DNA of 64,000 nt, taken from contig CAWEMM010000012.1 of assembly GCA_963810095.1 (NCBI GenBank), forward strand, positions 352,001 through 416,000. Reading direction: 5' to 3'. This stretch comes from an uncultured Chloroflexia bacterium (lineage in GTDB: Bacteria; Chloroflexota; Anaerolineae; CG2-30-64-16). The position numbers and the translations under genes were made by a program. Below are positions 25,532-35,435 of the stretch, one piece after another. Within the stretch, counting starts at the first letter, position 1, and every line of letters begins with the position of its first letter. A model generated the notes under the pieces. That model made no database searches and had not been told where the DNA came from. It saw nothing but the letters and a program-made list of their open reading frames with translations.

Positions 25532-26651
25532 ACACACACTCTTTCGCCGCATCGGCGAATGCGACCAGGTTCTCGACGGGCGTTTCGAAGAAATGGTCGG
25601 AGCAGGAACAGATATACGCCCCGTCGCAGCCGACGGTCTCGAACAGCTTGTGCACCATGGCGCGTATCTCGGCCTTAGTGCCGGTGGTAACCGTGTTGAA
25701 CTGGTCAAGCCCCCCGATGAGTGCGACCCGGTTGCCGACCTTTGCGCGCAGTTCCCACGGTTCCTGGTTGCCGCCCACACTCACGGGCGCAACAGTTTCC
25801 GAGGCATCGCAGCCATTGGCGATGATCAATTCTTCAAGGCCGCGGGTGCCGCCGCAAGTGTGGTAGGTGACCGGGAAGCCAACAGCGTGGACTGCATCGT
25901 GGAGCTTCTTGTCGTAGGGCAGGCAGAACTCGGCGTGCAGCTTGGGCGATATTACCGTCGAGGAGGCGGAGCCGCCGCCGGTCTCGATCAGGTCAAACTT
26001 CGCACCCTTCATCGTCTCGATGAACTGCAGCTTCTTCTCGAGCAGGATGTTCAGGAGCGCGTGGACCCAATCAGGCCGGTCGAAGGTGGCGTAGATGAGG
26101 TCGGTGATGTCGTAAAGGCATGCGGCGTGCTGCCAGCAGCCGGCCTGGTCACCCCAGACGAAGCCCCGCAGGATCCCTGCATCGCCAATCGCGTCCCAGC
26201 GCTTGAGAATCGGCTCGTGGACGAGCGGTGGCACCGGCATATACTTGCGGATCAGCTCGATGTCCTCGTCGTGCTTGATCAGGTATTCCGTGATCCACGT
26301 CGTCTTGCGGTCGCCCTCGGTCTTGTAGGTGAGGACGCCTTCGGGCGTGTGGATGGTGTGGTGCGACACCCGGTGATCCGGGTCGTTGCTGAGGCGATCC
26401 ACTTCATCGCGCCAAGTGGGTGTGTTGAACTTGGAGCTGTCCACGTCGACCAACCAGAACTGGCCCATGTCCTGGAAGTATTGGATCTGCGCGTCGAGCC
26501 CGACTTGCTGGAAGGCCTCCAGGTCGGAGATGCCGCCCATGTACTCTTCGAGGTGGTAACCCTGCCACTGGTGGACGGTCGCGGGCAGGCGGTCGGGCTT
26601 GCCCTTCTGCAGTGCGATCATCATGCGTTCTTTGGAGTTCATGTCCGGCAT
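25524..26651 (-). CDS. UroD/MtaA-like protein (second, divergent)
   Basis: MNSKERMMIALQKGKPDRLP, YHTCGG, GGLDQ, YICSCSDHF. Confidence 0.85.
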   Translation of the reverse strand: MPDMNSKERMMIALQKGKPDRLPATVHQWQGYHLEEYMGGISDLEAFQQVGLDAQIQYFQDMGQFWLVDVDSSKFNTPTWRDEVDRLSNDPDHRVSHHTIHTPEGVLTYKTEGDRKTTWITEYLIKHDEDIELIRKYMPVPPLVHEPILKRWDAIGDAGILRGFVWGDQAGCWQHAACLYDITDLIYATFDRPDWVHALLNILLEKKLQFIETMKGAKFDLIETGGGSASSTVISPKLHAEFCLPYDKKLHDAVHAVGFPVTYHTCGGTRGLEELIIANGCDASETVAPVSVGGNQEPWELRAKVGNRVALIGGLDQFNTVTTGTKAEIRAMVHKLFETVGCDGAYICSCSDHFFETPVENLVAFADAAKECVYG

Positions 26652-26666
26652 CTCCTCGATGAGGGC

Positions 26667-26730
26667 TTAACACAAAGACACGAAGACACAAAGGAGATCG
26701 TTTCTTAGTGCCTTTGTGCCTTTGTGTTAA
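26667..26730. repeat. CACAAAGA-type palindromic element flanked by TTAA
   Basis: TTAACACAAAGACACGAAGACACAAAG...CTTAGTGCCTTTGTGCCTTTGTGTTAA. Confidence 0.88.
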
Positions 26731-26736
26731 GGATAG

Positions 26737-28671
26737 TTACTTCTGTAGATACTTGTCGACGTTGTCCTTGGTGATGACTTCGCCGGGGATCAGGGTCTTG
26801 GGCTCGACCGTCTCGCCGTTGATGACCTTCAGCGCCAGGTTGATGCCTTCCTTGCCCATCGTCGCCGGGTCCTGGCGCACCGTCGCGGCCGCCGTCCCCG
26901 CCTTGATGCGGTCCAGCATCACCGGCAGGGCGTCAAAGCCCACCACCAGCACCTTGCCCGTCAGCCCCTTCTGGTCGACCACCGACGCCGCCGCCGCCGC
27001 GCCCGGATCGAACGCCACGAAGATCGCATTCAGGTCGGGGTTCGCCGTCAGCGTGTTCTGCGCCAACTGCGACGACGTGTTCTCGTCCCAGTTCGAGTAG
27101 TCCGCAATCACCGTCACCCCGCACGCCTTCAGCTTGTTCTCCACACCGTTCTTGCGTGCGTCGCCCGTCTGGTGCCCCACCGTGCCGCCCAGCACCAGCG
27201 CCTTGCCCTTGCCGCCCAGCTGCTGGCACAGCCAGTCGCCCGCCAGCCCCGCCGCTGCCTCGTTGTCCGTCTGGATCAGCGACGAGATCACCGGGTTCTC
27301 GATCGCCGTGTCCACTGCAATCGCCGCAATCCCCGCTGCCTTCGCCTTCGCCAGGGTGTCGTCCCAGCCTCGGCTGTCCGCCGCACCGATGATCAGCGCA
27401 TCCACACCCTGCGTGATCGCATTGTCCACCGCACGCTTCTGCGCCTCGGCGTCCTGCGTCTCCGTCGTCAGGTTGATGAACTGCACGCCCTTGTCCTTGG
27501 CCTGCGCCTCTGCCGCCCGCGCCAGCGTGAGCCAGAATTCGTTCGTCCCGCTGAACCCGCTGAACGCTATCTTGATGTCCTTCGGGTCCTTCTTCGGCGC
27601 CGCACCTTCCGCTGGCTTCAGGTACTTGTCGACGTTGTCCTTGGTGATGACTTCGCCGGGGATCAGGGTCTTGGGCTCGACCGTCTCGCCGTTGATGACC
27701 TTCAGCGCCAGGTTGATGCCTTCCTTGCCCATCGTCGCCGGGTCCTGGCGCACCGTCGCGGCCGCCGTCCCCGCCTTGATGCGGTCCAGCATCACCGGCA
27801 GGGCGTCAAAGCCCACCACCAGCACTTTGCCCGTCAGCCCCTTCTGGTCGACCACCGACGCCGCCGCCGCCGCGCCCGGATCGAACGCCACGAAGATCGC
27901 ATTCAGGTCGGGGTTCGCCGTCAGCGTGTTCTGCGCCAACTGCGACGACGTGTTCTCGTCCCAGTTCGAGTAGTCCGCAATCACCGTCACCCCGCACGCC
28001 TTCAGCTTGTTCTCCACACCGTTCTTGCGTGCGTCGCCCGTCTGGTGCCCCACCGTGCCGCCCAGCACCAGCGCCTTGCCCTTGCCGCCCAGCTGCTGGC
28101 ACAGCCAGTCGCCCGCCAGCCCCGCCGCTGCCTCGTTGTCCGTCTGGATCAGCGACGAGATCACCGGGTTCTCGATCGCCGTGTCCACCGCAATCGCCGC
28201 AATCCCCGCCGCCTTCGCCTTCGCCAGGGTGTCGTCCCAGCCCCGGCTGTCCGCCGCTCCGATGATCAGCGCATCCACACCCTGCGTGATCGCATTGTCC
28301 ACCGCACGCTTCTGCGCCTCGGCGTCCTGCGTCTCCGTCGTCAGGTTGATGAACTGCACGCCCTTGTCCTTGGCCTGCGCCTCTGCCGCCCGCGCCAGCG
28401 TGAGCCAGAACTCGTTCGTCCCGCTGAACCCGCTGAACGCTATCTTGATGTCCTTCGGGTCCTTCTTCGGCGCCGCACCTTCCGCTGGGGCCTTAGTCGG
28501 GTCGGCCGCAGGCGCCTTGGTAGGCTCGACTGCCGCAGGCGCCTTAGTTGGCTCAGCGGCGGGGGCCGGCGCGGCAGGGGTCGCGCACGCCGACAGCAAC
28601 ATGGAGGCGATCAGCACGATCGCGCCGATCTTGAAGATCGGGTGCAGTAGGGAGAGCTTTTTGACTGACAT
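26737..28671 (-). CDS. Sugar-binding lipoprotein (RbsB-like) with two identical tandem binding domains
   Basis: Lipobox LLSAC, PTKAPA linker repeats, two RbsB-type domains (N.FW, VGFD, TVRQDP). Confidence 0.93.
   Translation of the reverse strand: MSVKKLSLLHPIFKIGAIVLIASMLLSACATPAAPAPAAEPTKAPAAVEPTKAPAADPTKAPAEGAAPKKDPKDIKIAFSGFSGTNEFWLTLARAAEAQAKDKGVQFINLTTETQDAEAQKRAVDNAITQGVDALIIGAADSRGWDDTLAKAKAAGIAAIAVDTAIENPVISSLIQTDNEAAAGLAGDWLCQQLGGKGKALVLGGTVGHQTGDARKNGVENKLKACGVTVIADYSNWDENTSSQLAQNTLTANPDLNAIFVAFDPGAAAAASVVDQKGLTGKVLVVGFDALPVMLDRIKAGTAAATVRQDPATMGKEGINLALKVINGETVEPKTLIPGEVITKDNVDKYLKPAEGAAPKKDPKDIKIAFSGFSGTNEFWLTLARAAEAQAKDKGVQFINLTTETQDAEAQKRAVDNAITQGVDALIIGAADSRGWDDTLAKAKAAGIAAIAVDTAIENPVISSLIQTDNEAAAGLAGDWLCQQLGGKGKALVLGGTVGHQTGDARKNGVENKLKACGVTVIADYSNWDENTSSQLAQNTLTANPDLNAIFVAFDPGAAAAASVVDQKGLTGKVLVVGFDALPVMLDRIKAGTAAATVRQDPATMGKEGINLALKVINGETVEPKTLIPGEVITKDNVDKYLQK
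26750..28488. repeat. Intragenic tandem duplication, period 873 bp
   Basis: 26750-27615 versus 27623-28488. Six differences found by manual alignment, all synonymous. Confidence 0.95.
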
Positions 28672-28729
28672 GTCCCTTTCCTCCTTGGGCTGAGTGATAG
28701 GTTGGCCGAAAAAACGACTGACGAAGCGC

Positions 28730-29710
28730 TTATGCCTTTTCCCGGGCGCGTCGCTGCAAGTAGTCGAGCCAGACGGCAATGATGAGCACCGCGCCAGTGG
28801 CCACTTGCTGCCAGAACGCCGGGACGCGCATGTGAATGAGGCCGGCCTGCAGCACACGAATCATCAGCACACCGATGACCGTGCGTCCGACGCCGCCAAT
28901 GCCGCCGAACATGGAGGTGCCGCCGATGACGACGGCAGCGATGGCCCACAACTCGTCGCCCTGGCCACGATTGACGTGCGCGAAACTGAGCCGCGAGGTC
29001 TGGACGATGGATGCGGCGCCTGCCATCAGGCCGCCCAGCGCATAGTAGAACACCTTCCGGCGGTTTACAGGCACGCCGGAAAGCCGGGCCACCTCCTCAT
29101 TACCGCCGATTGCATAGGCGTGAAAGCCGGGCTGCGTCCGCGAGAGCATGAACCAGATGACGACAAGCGCAATGGCCGAGACGATCAGCGGGCCCGTCGA
29201 GCCCGCGCCGAGCCACTGGAACTCGGGCGGAAAACGGTGCATGTCCTTGCCCGCGCCGATCATGTTGGCGACGCCGCGAAAGATGAGCTGGGTGCCCAGG
29301 GTCGCAATCAGCGTCGGAATCCGGGTGCCGACGATGATCAGGCCGTTGGTCACGCCGCACAGCATACCGGCGACCAGGCCGCCTAGCACAGCCAACCACC
29401 AGGGCGCATCGACGAGCAGCAAGCTCCCGGTCACCACGGACACCAGCGCGAGGATCGAGCCGATGGACAGGTCCAACCCGCCCGAGATGAGCACCACGGT
29501 CGTGCCGGTCGCCATAATGAAGAGCACGGTCGAGTTCTCCAGCACGTCCTTAATCGCGGCCCACTGGCGGAATGTGGGGGCCAGGACCATGAATATCAAC
29601 GTGATGAGGATCAACCCGACCAAGGGCCGCATGATTTCCCGAACGTCAGAGCGGCTCGTAATGCGGTTCAAGCGGGCGCCAATGGACGAGGGTTGCGCTT
29701 GTGTGGCCAA
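28730..29710 (-). CDS. Monosaccharide ABC permease (RbsC-like)
   Basis: GGLDLSIGS, IATLGT, YAIGGNEEVARLSGV, IAAVVIGGTSMFGG. TTG start after GGAGG. Confidence 0.93.
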   Translation of the reverse strand: MATQAQPSSIGARLNRITSRSDVREIMRPLVGLILITLIFMVLAPTFRQWAAIKDVLENSTVLFIMATGTTVVLISGGLDLSIGSILALVSVVTGSLLLVDAPWWLAVLGGLVAGMLCGVTNGLIIVGTRIPTLIATLGTQLIFRGVANMIGAGKDMHRFPPEFQWLGAGSTGPLIVSAIALVVIWFMLSRTQPGFHAYAIGGNEEVARLSGVPVNRRKVFYYALGGLMAGAASIVQTSRLSFAHVNRGQGDELWAIAAVVIGGTSMFGGIGGVGRTVIGVLMIRVLQAGLIHMRVPAFWQQVATGAVLIIAVWLDYLQRRAREKA

Positions 29711-29711
29711 A

Positions 29712-30770
29712 TCAGACCTCCTGGGGCGCTGAAACAGCGTGCGGGATCCTGTCTTGCGAAGCGAAGAATGGCGGAGGTGCGCTCGACCGGCGCACGACGA
29801 TCTCGTTTGGGAGTTGAATATCTTGCGGCTCGCCGCTGCCATGACTGTCGAGCCGGTCGAGCAGGAGCTCGGCCGCGCGCTTGCCCATCTCGTACGCGGG
29901 CTGCGCCGCGACCGTTAGGAACGGGTCAAGGACCATGTGCTCGGGCAGGTTGTCGAAGGCGACCAGTGATACGTCGTCGGGCACGTGCAGCCCGGCGTCG
30001 CGGAGCGCCCGGTAGGCGCCGATGGCGATGAAGTTGTTTGCGGCCAGGATGGCCGTAGGCGGTGGGTGCAGCCTGAGCACCTGCTGCGTCATCGCGTAGC
30101 CGCTCGGCACGGTGAAGTGGCCGTAAATGACGCGCTCCGGACCCGGAGAAATGCCCCGTTCCCTGGCTGCGCGCATGAAGCCGGCAACGCGCTCCGATGC
30201 CGTCGAAACCGATGCGGGTCCGGTCAGCGTCACGACTTCGCGGTGGCCGAGATCGTACAGCAGCGCCGCCAGATCGTGCCCGCCGGCTTCCGATTCGCCG
30301 CGGACGCAGTCCACTTGTGCGCCGGGCGCCCGCCGGTCGATGATCACCACCGGCACATTGCGCTGCTGCAGCCACTGCACCGGCGCAGCTGCACTGCGCG
30401 CTGGCACCAGGAGGATGCCGTCGACACGTTTTTGCAGCAGGATGGTCAGGTAATCGGCCTGCTTTGTCTCAGACTCGTCGGTGTTACAGAGGATCGTGCT
30501 GAAGCCGCGTTGGCTGGCGACGTCTTCAACCCCGCGGGCCATGCTGGTGAAGAACGGGTTGGTGATGTCGGTGACGACCAGGGCCAGCGTCTGAGTGCGC
30601 TTGAAACGCAAGGAGAGACCCAGGGTGTTCGGCACGTACCCGAGGTCGGCCACGGCCGACTGTACCCGCGTGCGCGCTTCAGCACTTACGTAGCCGGAGT
30701 TGTTGAGGACGCGGGAAACCGTCATGGTGGAGACGCCCGCGCGCTGAGCCACATCCCGGATGGTCGCCAT
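29712..30770 (-). CDS. LacI family transcriptional regulator
   Basis: TIRDVAQRAGVSTMTVSRVLN and VPDDVSLVAFD. Confidence 0.95.
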   Translation of the reverse strand: MATIRDVAQRAGVSTMTVSRVLNNSGYVSAEARTRVQSAVADLGYVPNTLGLSLRFKRTQTLALVVTDITNPFFTSMARGVEDVASQRGFSTILCNTDESETKQADYLTILLQKRVDGILLVPARSAAAPVQWLQQRNVPVVIIDRRAPGAQVDCVRGESEAGGHDLAALLYDLGHREVVTLTGPASVSTASERVAGFMRAARERGISPGPERVIYGHFTVPSGYAMTQQVLRLHPPPTAILAANNFIAIGAYRALRDAGLHVPDDVSLVAFDNLPEHMVLDPFLTVAAQPAYEMGKRAAELLLDRLDSHGSGEPQDIQLPNEIVVRRSSAPPPFFASQDRIPHAVSAPQEV

Positions 30771-30807
30771 CGGCCCCCTGCACTGAGGAAATGTTACGGG
30801 GTTTTAC

Positions 30808-30862
30808 TGTTATGCGTAACAGTAGTTATGCGTAACATATCACAGGCAAGTGCCGATGTCAA
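30808..30862 (-). promoter_or_regulatory. Sigma70 promoter with tandem LacI operators
   Basis: Minus strand TTGACA-17 nt-TATGTT (extended TGn). Operators TGTTATGCGTAACA (30808-30821) and AGTTATGCGTAACA (30824-30837). Confidence 0.8.
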
Positions 30863-31102
30863 GAGGAAATAAAGACGGAAAATGCCGGCTGCTACGTGAG
30901 ATCATTTTGCGATTGGGTCAGGTGCAAACACAGGGAAATGGCCGGCTGGCGGTGCACGCTACGTCATGCTCTTTTGGCGAGGGCCGGATGGCCCCCAATG
31001 CAAACGCTTTAGGGACAAGGGAGTCGAATGCCGCTCGGCGGCAGTTCCACCCGACACTGCCGGTGCGCCTATACATCCCGATGCGCCCCGGTCGGTTTGT
31101 GG

Positions 31103-32497
31103 CTAATGCCCGCCTGCCTCCGCAGACGGATTCGGCAGCACCCGGCCGCGCGCAAGCGACGCGAAGATGCCGAGCACGCACAGGCCGGCAAACAGCGCAA
31201 ACGCCAAACGGGTAGCTTGCATGAAGGCAGGATAGTACTCTGGGGTGATTTGCACGGGGCCAATGATGGAGGCGAACAAGAGCGACGTCAGCGCGAGGCT
31301 GAGCGTCTGGCCGATCGTGCGCATAGTCGCCAGCAGCGCCGAAGCGACGCCGTAGTAACGCTTCTCGACCGAGCCCATGATGGCGTTCATATTGGGCGAC
31401 GAGAACAAGCCGAACCCCAGGCCCAGCAGAAGAAGCGCCAGGACGATGTAGGCCAACGGCGTGGCCGCACCGAGAAACGCCAACATGGCCAGCCCGACGG
31501 CAGTGAGGGCCATGCCCGACGAGGCAACCACCCGGGACTCGATGCGGTCTGACAGGCGGCCGGCGATGGGCGAGAACAGCGCCATCATCGCGGGCTGCAC
31601 GATCAGCAGCAGCCCTGCCTGCTGGGGGCTCAGGCCCTTGATATACTGCAGGTACAGGCTCAGCAAAAACGTTACCGCGGTCGTCGCCAGATAGTTGATC
31701 AAGGCCGCCAGGCTGGAGAACGTGAAGGCGCGGTTGTTGCGGAAGAGGCTCAGGTTGAGAATGGGCGACGGCGCACGGCTGGCCCAGACGGCAAACCCGG
31801 CCAGTCCGGCCAGTCCGGCGGCCACCATGATTGCACCCTGGCCCGACGTGAGGCGGGGCAGGCCGTAGATCGACAATGCGAGCGCGAACCCGTAGATCAG
31901 CGCGCCGATCCAGTCAAAGCGCTCGCCCCGGCTTTCAGCCCATTCCTGCGTTACGCGGAGGGTTGCGACGATCGCGACGATGCCCACCGCTGCGCTTGCC
32001 CAGAAGATGCTGTGCCAGCCGAAATTCTGCGCCAGCACCCCACCCACGAACGGGCCGACCGAAAGGCCAATGTAGACGGAAGAGACGTTGATGCCCAGCA
32101 CCCGGCCCCGCTCGCCCGGTGGAAAAGCCGAACTCAGGATCGCAGAGCTGGTTGCGAACATGGCCGCGGCCGCCACACCTTGGAGCACGCGCAGCGCCAG
32201 GAAGATGTTCGCGGCCGGCGCCAGCGCGGCCAGCGCCGTCATCGCGACGTAGGCGACCAGGCCGGCAGTGAACACCTTGCGGCGGCCGTAGATGTCGGCG
32301 GCGCGGCCAAACGGCACCAGGAAGATCGCAATTCCAAGGGAATAGGCGGTCGCGATCCAGCCAAGCGTGACCGCGTCCATGCTGAACTGCACGCCGATGG
32401 TCGGCAGCGCGACGTTGAGCGCGGAGCCCATGAACGCGGTGAGGAACGACGCCAGCGTGGTGGCGAGAAGGACCGAACCCCGGCGAGACTGCTGCAC
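31103..32497 (-). CDS. MFS transporter, 14-TM DHA2 (EmrB/QacA-like)
   Basis: LNVALPTI, GRAADIYGRRK, RVLQG, GPFVGG, FDWIG. Confidence 0.92.
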   Translation of the reverse strand: MQQSRRGSVLLATTLASFLTAFMGSALNVALPTIGVQFSMDAVTLGWIATAYSLGIAIFLVPFGRAADIYGRRKVFTAGLVAYVAMTALAALAPAANIFLALRVLQGVAAAAMFATSSAILSSAFPPGERGRVLGINVSSVYIGLSVGPFVGGVLAQNFGWHSIFWASAAVGIVAIVATLRVTQEWAESRGERFDWIGALIYGFALALSIYGLPRLTSGQGAIMVAAGLAGLAGFAVWASRAPSPILNLSLFRNNRAFTFSSLAALINYLATTAVTFLLSLYLQYIKGLSPQQAGLLLIVQPAMMALFSPIAGRLSDRIESRVVASSGMALTAVGLAMLAFLGAATPLAYIVLALLLLGLGFGLFSSPNMNAIMGSVEKRYYGVASALLATMRTIGQTLSLALTSLLFASIIGPVQITPEYYPAFMQATRLAFALFAGLCVLGIFASLARGRVLPNPSAEAGGH

Positions 32498-32499
32498 GG

Positions 32500-33992
32500 C
32501 TATCGCCCCAGCAGTTCCAGCGCAGCCTGCAGCCGCTGCAAGGTTTCAGCCTTGCCCAGGACCTGGGCGATTTCGGTTGCGCCGCCGGGCGTCGATGCCA
32601 ACCCAGAGAGAGCAATGCGGACCGGCCACATCACGGTTCCTGTCTTGAAACCGTTAGCCTTGCCCCACTCCACCAGCATAGGTGCGAGCATCTCGTGCGT
32701 CCACGCCGCGCCCCCGCGCTTCCCGCATCGTCGAACAGCTCCATGACGTTTGCCAGGATGTGGCGGCTGCTCTCCAGCGTCGACTTCGACTTCTCGTTGA
32801 CGTAGAGCGACTTGTCGTGCGCCGCGGGCCGGGCAAAGAACGCCACCATCTCGGGGATATCGGTCAGCCGCACCACCCGCGGCTGGATCAGCCGGCTGAT
32901 CGTCTGGGTGTCCATCCCGGCCAGCGCAGGCGGGTAGTAGGCCAGCGCCAGCTCGTGAAAACGCTCGGGAGACAAAGCACGGATGTGCTCGCCGTTGAGC
33001 CAGTCGAGCTTGGCGATCGAAAAGCCCGCGCTCGACTTGTTAATCCGGTCGATATCGAAGGCCTCGACCAGTGCCGGAAGGGTAAAGAACTCGCGGTCGT
33101 CGGCCGGGTGCCAGCCCAGCAATGCGATGCAGTTGACGATCGCCTCCGGCAGATAGCCCCGTGTCACCAGGTCCTGGAACGACGCGTCGCCCGAACGCTT
33201 CGACAGCTTTTTGCCGTCTTCTTTGACGATGTGCGGCATGTGGATGTACTCGGGGATGGGCCACCCGAAGCTGTCGTACAGCAGGTTGTACTTGGGCGTC
33301 GACGAAAGGTACTCCACCCCGCGGATCACATGTGTGATGCCCATCAGGTGGTCGTCGACCACGTTGGCGAAGTTGTACGTCGGATAACCGTCGGACTTCA
33401 GCAGCACCTGGTCGTCCAGCAGGTCGTTTCGCCACGAGATGGTGCCGTAGACGTGATCGTGGAAGGTGGTAACGCCGGTCTCGGGGATGCGCTGGCGGAT
33501 CACGTGCGGCTCGCCCGCAGCCGCCCGGCGGTCGGCTTCGGCCCGCGGCAGAAAGCGGCAGGGGTCATACACCTTGGCCGGCCCTTCAGACGCGCCCTCA
33601 CCGGCGGCCTGGTCGGCTGCGTCGTCGCCCTCTTCGACCGCCTCCTGCGCGGGCTCTGCATCGGCCTTGGTGCAGAAGCAGCGATAAGCCGCGCCCAGTT
33701 CGACCAGGCGCTCGGCATGCTCCTTGTAGACCGGCCGGCGTTGGCTCTGCACGTACGGGCCGTAGTCGCCGCCCTTATCCGGGCCTTCATCGTAGTCCAG
33801 CCCTGCGAGGCGCAAGCTGTCGTAGATCACCTGCACCGCATCTTCGACGTTGCGGCGGCGGTCGGTGTCTTCGATCCGTAACACGAGCACGCCGCCGTAG
33901 TGGCGGGCGGTGAGATAAGCATATAGCGCGGCCCGCAGGTTGCCGATGTGCATGTAGCCTGTCGGGCTGGGCGCGAAACGAGTCCGAACCAA
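32500..33992 (-). CDS. gltX: Glutamate--tRNA ligase (frameshift near 32700)
   Basis: VRTRFAPSPTGYMHIGN, RIEDTD, YNFANVVDD, KLSKR. AGGAGG RBS before a TTG start. Confidence 0.96.
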
Positions 33993-34103
33993 AACAATCC
34001 TCCTGACGTTAACACCTTGAGATTGAATGCGTACGAGACCGGCCACAGCAATTGGCGTCGAGACGCACTGGCGCCGCATATATCGGTCGCCAATGACCAA
34101 TGG

Positions 34104-34739
34104 CTAGATACGGGCCAGACTATACCTGATCCGGTAGCGTTTCGGACCATACAAAGTATGAGTTATTTCGTCTTCCACGTCTCCCACTTCCAGGATCGTG
34201 AAGGGCTCGAAGTGGCGCTTCAAGTCGTCGAGAGTGAAGTAGTGGAGAATCTTATCCGGCTGAACGGCAAAGGTATTTTCCTCAACCTCTTCACCCTGTC
34301 CACAGGAAGGATCCTGGTCCGAGATACCGGTAAAGAACATCAGGCCCTCGGGCGACAGCAGCTGTGCGCTCTTCTGGACGAAACGCATACGATCGGGCTT
34401 AGGGAAGAGTTGAAGGACGTTGAAACAGTAAATCCCCTGGTAAGGACCCTGATCGAAGTCGCCATCGAGAAATGACCCGTTGTAGAGTTTTGTGGCCGGA
34501 TCATACTCGTGGGCCAGGGCACACGCTTCGTCGGATATTTCGACACCGGTCACATCAAAACCCGAGGTCGAGAACAATTTGCTGTTTCGACCGTAGCCAG
34601 AGCCGGGAACGAGAATCTTATTGACCTTGTACTTCCGAAACAGGGCCAGGGCAACCTCCGCGGTTTTGCTCGGCGTTTCGCCCCAGACATGGTTGTATTT
34701 CGAGAATTGCCCGTTCCAGAAGGTTCTGTGATCAGCCAT
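34104..34739 (-). CDS. Class I SAM-dependent methyltransferase
   Basis: ILVPGSGYGRN and VTGVEIS. The DNA is visibly more AT-rich than its flanks. Confidence 0.85.
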   Translation of the reverse strand: MADHRTFWNGQFSKYNHVWGETPSKTAEVALALFRKYKVNKILVPGSGYGRNSKLFSTSGFDVTGVEISDEACALAHEYDPATKLYNGSFLDGDFDQGPYQGIYCFNVLQLFPKPDRMRFVQKSAQLLSPEGLMFFTGISDQDPSCGQGEEVEENTFAVQPDKILHYFTLDDLKRHFEPFTILEVGDVEDEITHTLYGPKRYRIRYSLARI

Positions 34740-34799
34740 CGTTCCGTCCAGTCAAGGAAACAGCTCTCACCAAGCCGGCCAAGCTCCAATATCCGTCGT

Positions 34800-35435
34800 T
34801 TATCCCCGAGCGATAAGGCGTCCGGCCGCGTCGTACGCCTCGTACGGGGTGTGCGATGGGACGCTGCCCGGGTAGTCCTCCGCGAGCATGGTCCACACCA
34901 TCTCGTCGTGCGCCTCGTCATAGTATCGGATGCGCCGCCGCAGGGTCGCCTCGTGCACATAGCCCAGCTTTGCAGGAACCGCAGCGCTGCGCACGTTCTC
35001 GACAACGCAGTGGATGCCAATGCGCCGCAGCTTCTCGACCTCGAACCCGACGCGCGTCAGGGTCGCGGCGACCTCGGTCGCGTAGCCCTTGCCGATCTCG
35101 TCGGCCCGGATCCAGTAGCCGATCTCGCGCGATCCCTCGCCGCCGCGCGGGTGCAGGCCGGTGCCGCCGACGACGCGCGTCTCGTTGCGGTCGAAAATGC
35201 CCAGGATGTAGTCCTGCCCGAGGTCGAACTGGCCGCGAAAGCCGCGCAGCATGCTAACCATGTCCTGCAGCGGCATAGGGTAGCGGGCCGCCCAGGGCAT
35301 CCAGGGGCGCAGATGGTCGAGGCTGACGTCGACGGCTTCCTTCAGCAGCGCGGCGTCTGCCGGATTGTAGCACCGGATCACGAGCCGCGGGGTGAGCACC
35401 CGGTAGGCAGGACCTCGCACTTCCTCCGAGGTCAC
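34800..35435 (-). CDS. GNAT acetyltransferase, RimJ/RimL family
   Basis: HLRPWMPW, EIGYW, GKGYATE, N.RSAAVP.KLGY..E. Confidence 0.9.
   Translation of the reverse strand: MTSEEVRGPAYRVLTPRLVIRCYNPADAALLKEAVDVSLDHLRPWMPWAARYPMPLQDMVSMLRGFRGQFDLGQDYILGIFDRNETRVVGGTGLHPRGGEGSREIGYWIRADEIGKGYATEVAATLTRVGFEVEKLRRIGIHCVVENVRSAAVPAKLGYVHEATLRRRIRYYDEAHDEMVWTMLAEDYPGSVPSHTPYEAYDAAGRLIARG

Noticed and set aside
26750-28488. Diversity-generating retroelement TR/VR pair
   Set aside because: The repeat is far too long and in frame, the differences are synonymous, and there is no reverse transcriptase.
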